A stretch of DNA of 64,000 bases, taken from NCBI GenBank assembly GCA_949358305.1, contig OX442314.1, forward strand, positions 13,392,001 to 13,456,000, written 5' to 3'. Below are positions 1 through 25,255 of this stretch, piece after piece. Source of the stretch: Strigamia acuminata. Its lineage: Eukaryota. The notes beneath the pieces were generated by a model. It ran no database searches. It was not told the origin of the DNA and was given only the letters and a program-made list of their open reading frames with translations. A program made the position numbers and the translations under genes. Positions within the stretch are counted from its first letter, which is position 1. Each line of letters starts with the position of its first letter.

Positions 1-276
1 ATTTTGCATTGCTTTTTGGGGCTACTAATACAAAATTAATTTGTTATTTACCTGCACATTTCTGTTTATGAAGTTTATGAAGTTTAACGGGCTGAATTTC
101 TGGCACAGCACACAAATTTTACTGGGGTCGCCATCTTTAGTTAAGTCCAAAACTCACACGGCAGCCAAAACAAACAAAAGAAAATGGCAGGTTTTTGGTA
201 TGCGTCATAATGACATCATACCTCATCTCATCAAAATCAAGAGAGGTCGCCGGAGAAATTCTTGAGTTATTAATCC

Positions 277-535
277 TCAACCCCCAATATCAGCAGCCGC
301 TTCGTTTGCTTTTTCCAAATTACGACAAGTCAATATTACTCTAGCTCCTACATTATATCAACAATCATCAACTTTTCGTAAACACCGTATTAATACCATT
401 AGAATTCTTGGTGTATTTACTTCTTTTAATGAAATCTCGCGCTGCTACTCCAGTATTCGATCCGGTGATGGCAACAGTATTCCCCGTTAAAATGACCAAA
501 CTAGTGCGTTTACAATCTAAACCCAAGACTAAACT
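277..535 (-). pseudogene. Truncated retinol dehydrogenase-like SDR pseudogene (first two exons only)
   Basis: Exon ~421-535 reads LTGNTVAITGSNTGV---AARDFIKR: a 9-nt deletion removes GKE and breaks the TGxxxGxG motif seen in neighbours. The next exon (~347 down) reads ARVILTCRNLEKANEAAADI, then similarity stops at GG-TGA (277-279). Confidence 0.75.
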
Positions 536-909
536 AATTCGACAAAATCATCTTAATAAATCCTGTTTATTTTTTAAAATCAATGTTAGAAGTGGTAGTT
601 TTTGCTTTACTAGATCCTTGCAGACAATGTGAATAAAATCTATTTTGATAAATCTCAACTATTGCTGATAAAAGTAATGATAAAGCTCTTAGAGACACGC
701 ATTTAAATGAAATCAATAAGAAATAAAAGATCTATTTATCAATACAGCTGTTGTAGGTGATTTAGATACATTTCAATTTCAATGTACCTAATAAATATTG
801 CATGTTTGTTAAGTCAATAGTCACTTTTCAACGTTGTAGATCAAATTTTATGTTACAAAAATTATAGAATGTTGCTCCTAGACTGCAACAAATATTTCTG
901 CACGTTTAA

Positions 910-2131
910 TTAATTGCTGCTTAAACCACACATTTTAACACTCATGTCCCATAGTCTTTTTGCTGCACCTTCATCCGAAGCAAGTGCAGACGGCGTGGCA
1001 ACTGCACAATCACTAAAATAATCATAATTATGCACTTGCTGTAATTATGCGGTTAAAATTTCTTTTCCTTCCGTACCTGTAATACAGCCCGGATTCATTT
1101 TGTACTTCCTCGGACACTGCGCAGTGGATGGTGGTTTGCGCTCCTTGCACCACGTTTTTGGCGATCACTGGAAGAAAAACTGTCGCAAAGGGTCGAATAA
1201 ACTTCGGTGAATTTCGAAAGAGACTCGAATTTACAAATCCAGGATGTAAACAGTATACGTTTACCCCCGTGCCTAAAAAATGAAAATAATTAACATTATC
1301 AATTTCAAAACAAAAAAAAAACTACTGAAAAGGTGCACACCTGTTAATTGACAAGCTAATTCTTTCGTGAAAAGAATATTACACACCTTACTTTGTGTGT
1401 ACGCTTTCCACGACCCATAATTTCCAGCTTTATCCAAATTTATGTCATCCCAGTCGATTTTAGCACCTGAGTTACGAGAACATAAAATTTAATGTAATTT
1501 AATTTAAATATATTTATATATACCACTATGAGCTCTAGAAGATACATTTACAATCCGGGCCGGTGCCGAAAGCTTTATTTTATCGAGTAATAAATGTGTG
1601 AGCAAAAAAGGCCCGAGATGATTGGTACCAAACGTTAAGTCCACGTCATCTTCCGTTCTTCCTTTTGGAACGATAAGCCCTGTACAAAAAATACAAAACT
1701 TTATATTTTATAAACAATTATTTCTCCTTTTTGAATTTCACCCGCGTTATTGACCAATATGTCAATTCTTTCTTCAGTTTGTGTTATTTCTTGAGCAAAT
1801 TCGTGAATAGATTTAAACGAAGCCAAATCCAAACGTCGAGTTACAACTTCGCCGGATCCGGCTGTTCTAATATCAGCAGCCGCTTCGTCAGCTTTTTCCA
1901 AATTACGACAAGCCAAGATTACTCTAGCGCCTGTAGCAAAGAAAATGGTGTTGTTTTAGTTATAATGCCAAATATGTCGTACAATCACAGATTATAATCT
2001 GTGATACAATTACCTCGTTGCACGAAGTCTCGAGCCGCTTCTTTACCAATTCCTGTGTTTGCTCCGGTGATAATAACAGTCTTTCCTGTTAAAAGAGCCG
2101 TACTCGTGCATTTACGATTAAACCAATTCAT
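910..2131 (-). CDS. Retinol dehydrogenase 11/12/13-like SDR, probably NADP(H)-dependent, 6 exons
   Basis: Exons 2131-2014, 1930-1742, 1679-1524, 1466-1341, 1272-1077, 1012-910, all GT-AG and in frame. Starts [36 protein letters not shown]; has ACRN, NNAG, catalytic YTQSK; ends [14 protein letters not shown]. Confidence 0.9.
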
Positions 2132-2640
2132 TACGGAGCTTTAGATCACTTCTTAAAAGAACCCACGAAATTTTGCATAAACAATAATCAGACGCGTCCC
2201 GCCATCTGTCTTTAAAATATGACACAAAAACAAAATGTCTTTAAAATGTGCTTGTTTTTCGTTTATAAATTCGTTCCACCTTTTCCCCATCTTTTTGGCT
2301 TTTCGCCCATGTTTTTTTCACCTTTTCTTCAACATTTTAACAAGTTGTAAAGTTCTCTTTCTCACAGCCTCAGCAGAGCTTCGTATAAAAGACTGGAGAC
2401 ACACACAGGTTAAAGTTTTACATAGAATTAACATTTTATTTAGTTGAACAAAGGAAGAGAAAGAGAGAGAGAGAGAGCTATTAATGCATACATCTATTCT
2501 CTAAATCTCTCACGTGAACAAGTGATCGACTTTGAAATCCCTAGTGGTCAATCATAATACTGACATTTGCTAAAATAACCAATCATATCAGAATAAACCA
2601 CACCAAAATCAAATTTAAAAAAGTGAAACAACAAATAACA

Positions 2641-2737
2641 AACCTTTTTACACCTCGTGCTAATACTCTGCACATGTATACAAGCAAGTTTTACCACAGA
2701 TTATCTGTGGTTTTACAGCGTGAGGTGTAAAAAGGTT
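2641..2737. mobile_element. Small inverted-repeat (MITE-like) element
   Basis: 16-bp perfect inverted termini AACCTTTTTACACCTC / GAGGTGTAAAAAGGTT, plus internal hairpin ACCACAGA-TTA-TCTGTGGT. Confidence 0.5.
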
Positions 2738-2835
2738 ACAACTCCTCGTTGATTGCCTCACCTCACTGCATCACAGTCAATTTCAACACAAATCAAAATC
2801 ATAAATCAGTTCAACCAATGACTTATCTTCACATT

Positions 2836-4028
2836 TCACAGTTTTGTTTCGCAACTTTCTCTTTCTCCTAACCCACACATGCGCATGCTCATGTCCCACA
2901 GCTTTTTAGCTGTTGCTTCATTACGAGCAATTGCAGATGGCCTTTTTTCTGCGCAATCACTAGAAATAAAACAAATTATACATAAGCCAAAAAATGTACA
3001 AGTTTAAGTCATTACGTTTTATTATTCCGTACCTGTAATATAAACCTGATTGGTTTTGCACTCGCTCCGACACTGCACAATAAATAGTCGTTTGGGCTCC
3101 TTGTGTAACAGTTTTAGTAAACAGTGGTAAAACAGTTTCATTAAGAACGCCTAAAATTCCTGAAAAGTTTCGATGAAGATCCGAATTTATCACTCCAGGA
3201 TGTAAAGAATACACATTGACTCCAGTGCCTAAAAATAAAATTAAAATAAAATTAAAATAAAATTTAGAAAAATAAAATGAACTGAATAAAAAGTTTACCT
3301 TGTAATTGACGAGCTAATTCTTTCGAAAACAGAACATTACACAATTTACTTTGACAATATGCCTTCATTGTCCCATATTTGCCCGGCTTATCCAAATTTA
3401 TGTCAACCCAATCTATACTTCCGCCTAGGTGTGATAATAACAAATATATCAATATTATTGTTTGCGTAAAACGATTAAAATATGTACTCACGTCGGTGCA
3501 ATTCAGAAGCGACATTCACAATACGAGATGGCGCCGATTCCTTTATTTTATCGAGTAACAAATATGTGAGCAGAAAGGGACCGAGGTGATTTGTGCCAAA
3601 AGTTAAATCAAAATCGTCTTCCGTTCTTCCTTTTGGACACATCACGCCCGCGTTATTGACCAAAACGTCAATTCTTTCTTCACTTTGTAGAATTTCCTCA
3701 GCGAATTCCCGGATGGATTTAAATGAGGACAAATCCAAACGACGTGCAACAACTTCGCCAGAGTTTTCAGCAGTTTTAATTATATTCTCCGCCGCTTCTT
3801 TGGCTTTTTCCAAATTACGACAAGCCAATATTACCCTGGCGCCTTAATGAAGTATTAAACTGAGATTTTGTCGTCCGTTATTATATTTATAAATTTACCT
3901 CTAATCACAAAATCTCGAGCGGTTTCTTTACCAATTCCAGTATTCGATCCAGTGACAATAATAGTTTTGCCAGTTAATATTGCTCTTGGACTGGAGTTAC
4001 AATTAGCTCGAAGCATCCTCGAAGACAT
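2836..4028 (-). CDS. Retinol dehydrogenase 11/12/13-like SDR, 5 exons
   Basis: Exons 4028-3899, 3842-3492, 3424-3299, 3228-3033, 2959-2836. Starts [48 protein letters not shown], catalytic YCQSK, LHPGVI; ends GERESCETKL*. Confidence 0.9.
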
Positions 4029-4292
4029 CGTTAAAACAACTTACAAGTTAGTAATAAAGGATACAATGGAATATGCTCAATAAGCTCAACTTTTAATGAG
4101 CATATCTATGGCCTTGAAGGAACAATGACTCCATATGTATAATTTCAGTTTGAAAAAGATAACATCAATTTATGTATTCTGTAATTGTTCTGCAAAACTA
4201 TGCAAAATTATTGTTGTGGTATTTTTTAAATATTTAATTAAAATTAAATATTTATTCGCTTAAAATGTTAGTACAGTGTGTTTTCAATGTAT

Positions 4293-5523
4293 TTATTCTA
4301 AGTTAATCATTTTCTCACTGCACATCCATAGTTTCTTGCTCCATGTCACGTTCAATGCATCAATACTTGGGGGTTCTACTTTGCAGTCACTGATGAGAAA
4401 AACTATTTAATTAATTAATTAATCGCACGAAAAAATGTGCTGATATTAGTGATAGTGAATTACCTGTAATACAAACCAGATTCTTGTGATACTTCATCAC
4501 TCACTGCGCAGTAAATTGATGTTTGTGCTGCATGTGTTGCAGATTTATAAAGAATTGACATTGCAAAACTGCCTAAAATTTGCAATAAACGTCCTGGTAA
4601 AAATCGGATAATTTCAGTCGAAGCAATTCCAGGATCAACTGCATACGCATTTACACCAGTACCTAAAAATTCAATTTATTCAAGAGTAATCAGTCTTGAA
4701 CTTAAATTTAATCTAATTTCCGTTAAACCTTTTAATCTCACAGCTAACTCCTTTGTAAAAAGCACAATTGCTAATTTGCTTTGATTATAAGCTTTGAAGA
4801 CCGTGTAATTGTTAGGTCGATTTAGATTAATATCCTCCCAATTTATCGTTCCATCTGTTTTTAAAAAATTAATGCATGTCTATCTATAATTTAGTCTATT
4901 CCAAAAATCAAATTAATATTACGTCTGTGATTTAGTGAAGCCAAATTAACAACTCGAGAAGGTGCCGAGTCTTTGAGCCTATCTAGCAATAAATTAGTTA
5001 ACAAAAAGTGGCCTAAATAATTTGTTTGGAAGCATAAATCAATCCTATCTTCCGAGAAACTCTTGTTGGAAATTAGGGCACCTAAAAAGGAAGAAGGAAT
5101 TGCAATTTAACAACAAGCGTAAAGATACATCATAAATTTTCACCCGCATTGTTAACCAATACGTCAATTCTTGATTCGCTGTTTAAAATATCGTGAGCAA
5201 ATGTTTTGATTGATTTAAATGATCCCAGATCTAAATGACGAACAACAGCTTGTCCTTGACCAACATTTTCAATTTCCTCAGCTGTTTCGAACGCTTTTTC
5301 TAAATTCCTGCACGCTAATACAACTCGAGCTCCTTTTAAATCATGAAAAGAAAAGAAAATTCAAAAATTCAAATTATTACACTTATTTAATCGTACCTCT
5401 TTTAACAAAATCCCGTGCCGTTTCCTTTCCGATACCGCTATTTGCACCCGTAATAATAATGGTTTTCCCGAGCAATTGTGTTTCAGCAAGGCACCAGCCG
5501 TTGGAAAACCAATTGAAAACCAT
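4293..5523 (-). CDS. Retinol dehydrogenase 11/12/13-like SDR, 6 exons
   Basis: Exons 5523-5397, 5332-5144, 5081-4923, 4854-4729, 4662-4464, 4389-4293. Starts [50 protein letters not shown], catalytic YNQSK; ends [12 protein letters not shown]. Confidence 0.9.
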
Positions 5524-6107
5524 CACTACACTCGTAGAATTAAAACGCGAGAGTAAAGTCTAAGTTGATAGAGGCACGTGTTGTGAGTAGATAAAAGCAA
5601 TGATAACTCCACAGCGACGCCTGAAAGTTTTGAGTTGCAACTTTTCAATAAATTCTGAGTAGTTTTTTTTCTAAATTTGAATTTGATTTTGATAAATTAC
5701 AAAAAATATATGCTGCCATATAAACGAAATTTGATGAAATAAGTATAATTTTGTGACGCAGAAAAAATACAATAATGAAGAAATATTGAATTATGAAAGA
5801 ACAGCAGAAGTGAAAACAATAAGACTCATCAGATCGCATCTGACTGTATAAATAAACATAACTAAAGCACATAATAAAGCATAAATGCACCTCTGAAACA
5901 CTACCATGAGCAAAATTCTTTTCCGTTAATCCAAAAAAAATTGCATAAAAATGTCATTTTCTTTATTTTGATTTCTAGATACACCGCAGGAAAGCACTGG
6001 GGAAGCATAAGAAATCACTTTTTTATTATGAATATGGAAAATAACAATTATAATTGTTACCATTGTTTTTATAAAACATTTCACTTATTAGAAATAATTA
6101 GAATTTA

Positions 6108-7245
6108 ACTACCGGTAATTAACTAATTTCATGCTCATATCCCATGCAGACGATGAATTTAATGCTTTTCTAGCAGGTCTTGTTTCTTTACAATCACTAA
6201 AAAATAAGATATGACATTAGGCTACGGTAAATAATAATTTAAATTAAATAATACAACATTTAAATTTCCTGTAAAACAACCTAGTTTGATCAGCTACATC
6301 TTCTGAGATTGCACGTTTAATTTAAGCTTCTTGAACAGCATGTTTAGAAACAGTGAGGATGCCATTACCTGTAATTAATAAGGGAAATCAAAATCTCTGT
6401 TGAAACTACACCAGGATCAACTGCATAGACATTCACATTCGTACCTAAATTAAACCTAGTATCAACGCAACAATAAAATTAAATGTAATTGTTGATGTAT
6501 ATCTTTCAACATGTCAATTCATATAAATATTAACTACTAATTAACTACTAATTAATGTTTATTGTATGTATTTTTGCTGATAAATTGACTATACGAGCTG
6601 GATTAAACAGATTGCTTTATTTTGGGCACCGGTAATAAAAGATTTTTAAGAAGAAAATGGCCGAGGTAGTTCGAAAAAAACATATCATATCCATCTGCCG
6701 TCTCAAATTTCGGGTCCAAGCACCCTGAAATAAAATAACAACTGGTCTCAGCATTTATAATGTAAAACATGGAATAATTTTACCTGCATAATTTAAAGGA
6801 TTTGTTGTTCTAGTGATGTTGATTTCACTTGTCAGTTGGTTTGACTGCTTGCTACTCTGTTTGCTTGTTATGTTATCTAGTTGTGGGGTCTGGCACTGGT
6901 TACCGTGCAGAGGCGAAGAGGACTGAGCTGATAATATGTGGGCCCTATTTTTTATATGGCTTGCTTTAGTGTTGTTTTAGGGGAGCTTTTGTCTTGGTTT
7001 GTATTCCCTGTTCCTAATTTGGTCGTTCTTCCTGTAATTTTTCTGGGGACTCCCTTTTCGTGGCCGGTGAGTTTATTAGTCGGGGGACTGACTTGGGAGA
7101 GAGGTCCGAAGGTAAGTGGTTATTTACAGCGTGATGATATCTTAATTTAACATCGAGGTCGCAAACTATACCATTATGATGGCAGTTCTACCATTCAAAT
7201 CAATTTTGCTGACACAAGAGCGACCGTCAATCCATTTTCTTGTGA
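6108..7245 (-). pseudogene. Degenerate SDR (retinol dehydrogenase-like) pseudogene
   Basis: Broken exons: KWIDGRSCVSKIDLNGRTAII (~7240-7178, glycine motif lost); [19 protein letters not shown] (~6724-6650); TNVNVYAVDPGVVSTEI (~6443-6395) followed by frameshifts and stops; last exon DCKETRPARKALNSSSAWDMSMKLV (~6196-6110). The YxxxK exon is essentially absent. Confidence 0.8.
6804..7125. mobile_element. Unrelated GC-richer insertion inside the SDR pseudogene (probable TE fragment)
   Basis: Abrupt compositional change (G/T-rich + strand), no similarity to SDR paralogs, occupies the place of most of exon 2. Family not identifiable. Confidence 0.4.
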
Positions 7246-7760
7246 ACTTGATCGTAAAACCTTACGTCGTATATCCCAAAAATAAAAATAAATAATGCGT
7301 ACTCAGTCGCATATATTGCTGTGTTTACTTAATGCAAAAAGACAAGTATGAATGACAAGAATATGTATTTTAATTAGAAGAGGTCGAAAACTATTATTTA
7401 GAGCGACTTCCATTTCTTCGAAATATAATACAATTTTCAGAACTCACACTGATTCATCGGGCATTATTTTTCATTTTCTTGACAAAATAAACACTGGTAT
7501 CGATGATTCAAGGTGCAATGTGGCAAACTGCTGTGCCCCTAATGCATTTCTGCACACTTCCTCACAATGCAACTTCAACAGATTGATGGATTTATTTAAT
7601 TTTAACAATGTTTTACGACGCATTCATTTTTGGTATTCATGTAACGCCATCTTGCATTCATTTCCATTTTTTGTTCCAATCCCATTTCATTTCGGCCCGG
7701 GTGGAAGCCCTAATTTTAGAATAGATAGTCCATCATCGGGGCCCCCGTTTTATTTTTAAA

Positions 7761-8983
7761 ATGGCAGTTTACAATAAATTAGCAGTAGTGGCCGGCGTTA
7801 TCGCCTGTGGTATCTTCGGTGCCATGGCATACAAGTACGGCAAATATTGATTTCCTTATTTCGTGACTTGATGCAATTTTTTGTCCCTATTTGTTATATT
7901 CAGAGAATCCAAATCGCCGAAATATTTAGGCAATGAACGAATAGAAGGAAAAACGGTAATAATAACAGGTGCAAATTCAGGAATCGGATTTCAAACGGCG
8001 TTAGAATTAGCAAGAAGGGGAGGTCGAGTTTTCATGGCCTGTAGAGATCTCGGGAAATGCGAAGAAGCACGGCAGAAAATAGTAGAAGAAACTAAAAGTG
8101 AAACTGTATTTTGCCGATTATGTGATTTGGCTTCACTGCATTCCGTTCGAGCTTTTGCTCACAAATTCAATAGAGGTTGAGTTGTTTATCTTTTAACTCG
8201 GAGAAATGAATCAATATTATATTTTTACCGCAGCCGAAAAATCACTGCATCTTCTGATCAACAACGCTGGGATTTTGGGACCTCCCAAAACAGTGACCGA
8301 AGATGGGTTTGAATTGCAATTTGCGACCAATTTTGTAGGACATTTCGTTTTGACCAACATGCTCTTGGACAAATTGAAAGAATCCGGTCCAAGTCGAATT
8401 ATTAACATGACTAGTGCTACACACGTAGAAGGAAAGATGAATTTCGACGATTTAAATGGTGAAGAGAACTATGATCCAGTAGTTGCATACAACCAAAGCA
8501 AACTTGCCAATATTCTATTTACGAGAGAATTGGCTCGAAGATTGAAAGGTGCCGTCTAAAGTCGTAGAAACAGCACTTATCTTAAGTTAACTTTTCATGG
8601 TTTTAGATTGGTGCGTGACTACTTACGCTGTTTCACCTGGATACGTGTACACCGATCTCTTCCGACATATGAGCTTCAAGCAAAATCGATTTTTTGAGCA
8701 TTTCGCACATCCTTTTATGCTCATTTTTCTTAGAACTCCGAAACAAGGAGCACAAACGACACTCTATTGTGCTCTGGCAGCGGACCTAGAAAAAACTACC
8801 GGAAAATATTACGAGTTGGTTGATTTGATATTGAAATTTGTAATTTTTTCTCACATTTTTTTTTCGTTCTATAGTAATTGCGCTTTCGCGGATTCATCAG
8901 CTGAAGGTGAAGATGACGAGGCAGCTAAGCGATTGTGGAGTATGACCGAAAAGTGGACCACTCCGAAAACAGGAGTGCAGTAA
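7761..8983 (+). CDS. Retinol dehydrogenase 13/12-like SDR with N-terminal hydrophobic segment, 5 exons
   Basis: Exons 7761-7834, 7904-8175, 8234-8548, 8607-8814, 8875-8983. MAVYNKLAVVAGVIACGIFGAMAYKES...[60 protein letters not shown]. Confidence 0.9.
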
Positions 8984-9561
8984 AATTGTCAACGAATGTA
9001 TTATTTAAGCTGTAAAAATGTATAAACTGAATTTTTTCGAAGCTTTTGATATCCAAAATATATCAATTTGAAATTCTGAAACTTTGTTTTTAATGTAAAA
9101 ATGTGTAAAAACCATCACAAAAACATAGCAAAATAAATTAAAAATACTGATCACAGAAAAGAGAGTAAAGACTTATTGAAGATTTAGATACAACAATAAA
9201 TTTTTAATATATCTGTACAATTGATGAAGGTGGAAGGAATTTGTACAAATACGAGTATTTTTTTTTACAATAAATTTAGATAAAATCTTCCACATCTTTG
9301 TAACAAATTATTTAAATATTTTAATTACATCAAAATCTAGGTTTTGAATAACCGTAGGTGACAACAATTTTTTTTCGTTTTATACATAAATAAGCCTAGA
9401 AGAAGATTATTTGATAAATTACACAACTTACAATAATGTATCGTAATAAATAAATACAGATAATTAATGTAAATGGAAGTCAATATTTGGCAAAAGATGA
9501 AATGAATAATTAATAAGTGAATTGCGGAATGCAAATCAAAATCATGTGTGATTAAATAAAG

Positions 9562-22855
<13,294 letters not shown>

Positions 22856-23650
22856 GGTGATCGCCGAGTTGGAGATGCTTCTAAGCGGAGTGTGGCGATT
22901 TTCCTAGGAGAAGCCACTCACTCGTTCCCCGTCACTCGATCCGTTCAGTTCAGCTGCGAATTCAGCATGTACGCACTCGACAACGAGCGCACATCATCGT
23001 GTTCATTTGGATGCTCAACATCAACTGATAGGTCTTTAAAAATATGCAGGAGGAGGTTTACACACGCAAATGAACAGGTGTTGATTTGCTCCACAGATTA
23101 TACCCCTATCAAGCTTTCCATTCTATTCCTGTAAAGCAAACAGAATTTAATTTTTCTTTACCTCTATCGCATGCAATGCAAACTAAACAAATTAATTTTT
23201 TCCTCCTCAAAAATTAAAAAATTGCAATCGATTTGTATTTTTTTTTTCCTTTTCCTTTATAAACAAAATTAAATAAATTAAATTTATATTCATAAAACTG
23301 ATAAAACTCGTAGAAAGCATAAAAATGGCGAAAATTATTAGGAAAAAACACAAAAACGCAATAGTCGTCGTAGATGCCACTGATAAAGTGAAAACAGTTG
23401 CTGATGCTTCACACGAGCGGCGATTTCATTCAGTTTACTTTGCTAGTTTTCTACAGACACTATTTGCTCAAAATACGTGTGAAATAGAGATAAATAATTG
23501 CAAATGACTTACTGAAATTTGTAAGAAAGATGATTGAGCTGCTTCATTTTAAAAATACAGTATAAATCCGATTCTAGTGGAGAAGAACGTCTCATCTGAA
23601 TGCTCCCTTTCCTCTTTCTGCTGCTTCGCAAGTTACCGCTGTGGCCGCCG
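22856..23650 (-). promoter_or_regulatory. Putative norpA 5' UTR with a non-coding first exon
   Basis: Strong donor TCA|GTAAGT at 23513/23512 and acceptor TTTACAG| near 23129; GC-richer, promoter-like sequence at ~23620-23760. Start site is not determinable. Confidence 0.5.
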
Positions 23651-25124
23651 TTCGGCACTCAAGTGCGGCTGCCACACGATAGCATTGTCGGGTGAGACCA
23701 TTGATGGAATATAGGGTGCGCGCGAATCGAAATGGCTGCGTCAAAGTGCTCGAGTATTAAAATGGTTTCATTTGCATTCCGTCTAATTATTCCCTTCTCA
23801 ACTGTCAAAACCACGAATTAACATTCCAAAGATAAAATCTCGATATATCAATTGTAGATTCGTTGCCCCTTTAACCCTAACCGTGCGTGATTATAAAATA
23901 TGAGTTAAATTTAAACGGTCAACTTCCCTGTTTTAAAAACGGTTAAAAATCATGCGTTGATTTATATTATTCTTCGCCATTGTCAAAATCAAACATACGC
24001 ATTGGCAATTTCTTGCTTTTGCGCTATTATTACTTGCTACTACTGCTATCTATGCACATCGAATCGAACTAAATTGCGAGAATGTTCGTTTCAATTTTCA
24101 AAGTGCAAACTGTATATGAATCTACACATCAATTTTTCATTAAGTGTATTTAATTTACATTACACCTTTTAACATAAATTATGAAAACGAGTATAATTAT
24201 ATGTACATGTTCATCCATTCTGCTTACAATATCATTACAGTATATTTTAACGAAAAAAAAACAAAAAACGAGTTTAATGTTTATATAATATCTTTTGCTT
24301 GCAAATTGGAAAAAGAAATTCCAAAAAAAACTGTTTATTTTTTAAATCTATAATTTTTTTCCCACCAACTTATTAATTTTTGAAACTATAATTTTTTTTC
24401 TAATAAAAAAAAAAATTATATATACGTGTGTATATATATTTATATATAATAAAACAGAAAATAAAATGAAATAAAAACGACATTGATCAATTTGGAAAGC
24501 CAGTGACATTTTGTGCTAAATTCTATAACAAGAAAGGAAAGAAAAAAAATCGAAGAATAATTGCTCATTTAAAAGAGCACAATTGACATTTATAACTTCC
24601 ATATCGGTATTGAAAAAGCAGGAATATTACAATCATATACACAGAATGATATTAACAGCCATGTAATTCATACCCACTATTAATAACTCAACGTTATTTA
24701 TGTAAAACAAATATAGTTCAATAAATGACAAATTTAAAATAAAAAAAGAAAAGTTTCTATACAAATATAACAAGCAACACTTAAGTGTACAAACGTTCAA
24801 AGTTGAGGCACCTAAACATGTACAGTACTTAATGCGTTATTTCATTTACAAACAACTGCACAAAAACACGAGAATTGGTTTTTGGACCCAAACGTTAGAA
24901 TAATTTCAATATTTCTTGTAACGTGTGTTCCATTTTATTAAAATTGATAAAGATTGTGTTCGGCATATCTACTAAAAGTTTCGTAATTATTTATTAATTT
25001 TTAAAATTTTTAATTTGGCTCATTATTTGTATTTTTATTGATTTTTTTCCCCCCCTTCAAATTTTATTTTATATAGAAATATGTCGCAGCAATAAACACT
25101 TTAACAAGTAAAAATAAATACATA

Positions 25125-25255
25125 CAGTACTGCCGCGAATAAATGCCGGGTTCACATAGGCACCGGGACTCGATTAAACACCGGGGTTGGTCAGCAGCAT
25201 TTATTGCATAGCGCGCTGCCCCGAACCGACCCGGCGTTTATTCGAGGCAGCACGG
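25125..25255. mobile_element. Tc1/mariner(pogo)-like MITE between the two PLC genes
   Basis: ~26-bp inverted termini CAGTACTGCCGCGAATAAATGCCGGG / CCCGGCGTTTATTCGAGGCAGCACGG, preceded by TA; GC-rich island in very AT-rich DNA. Confidence 0.65.
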
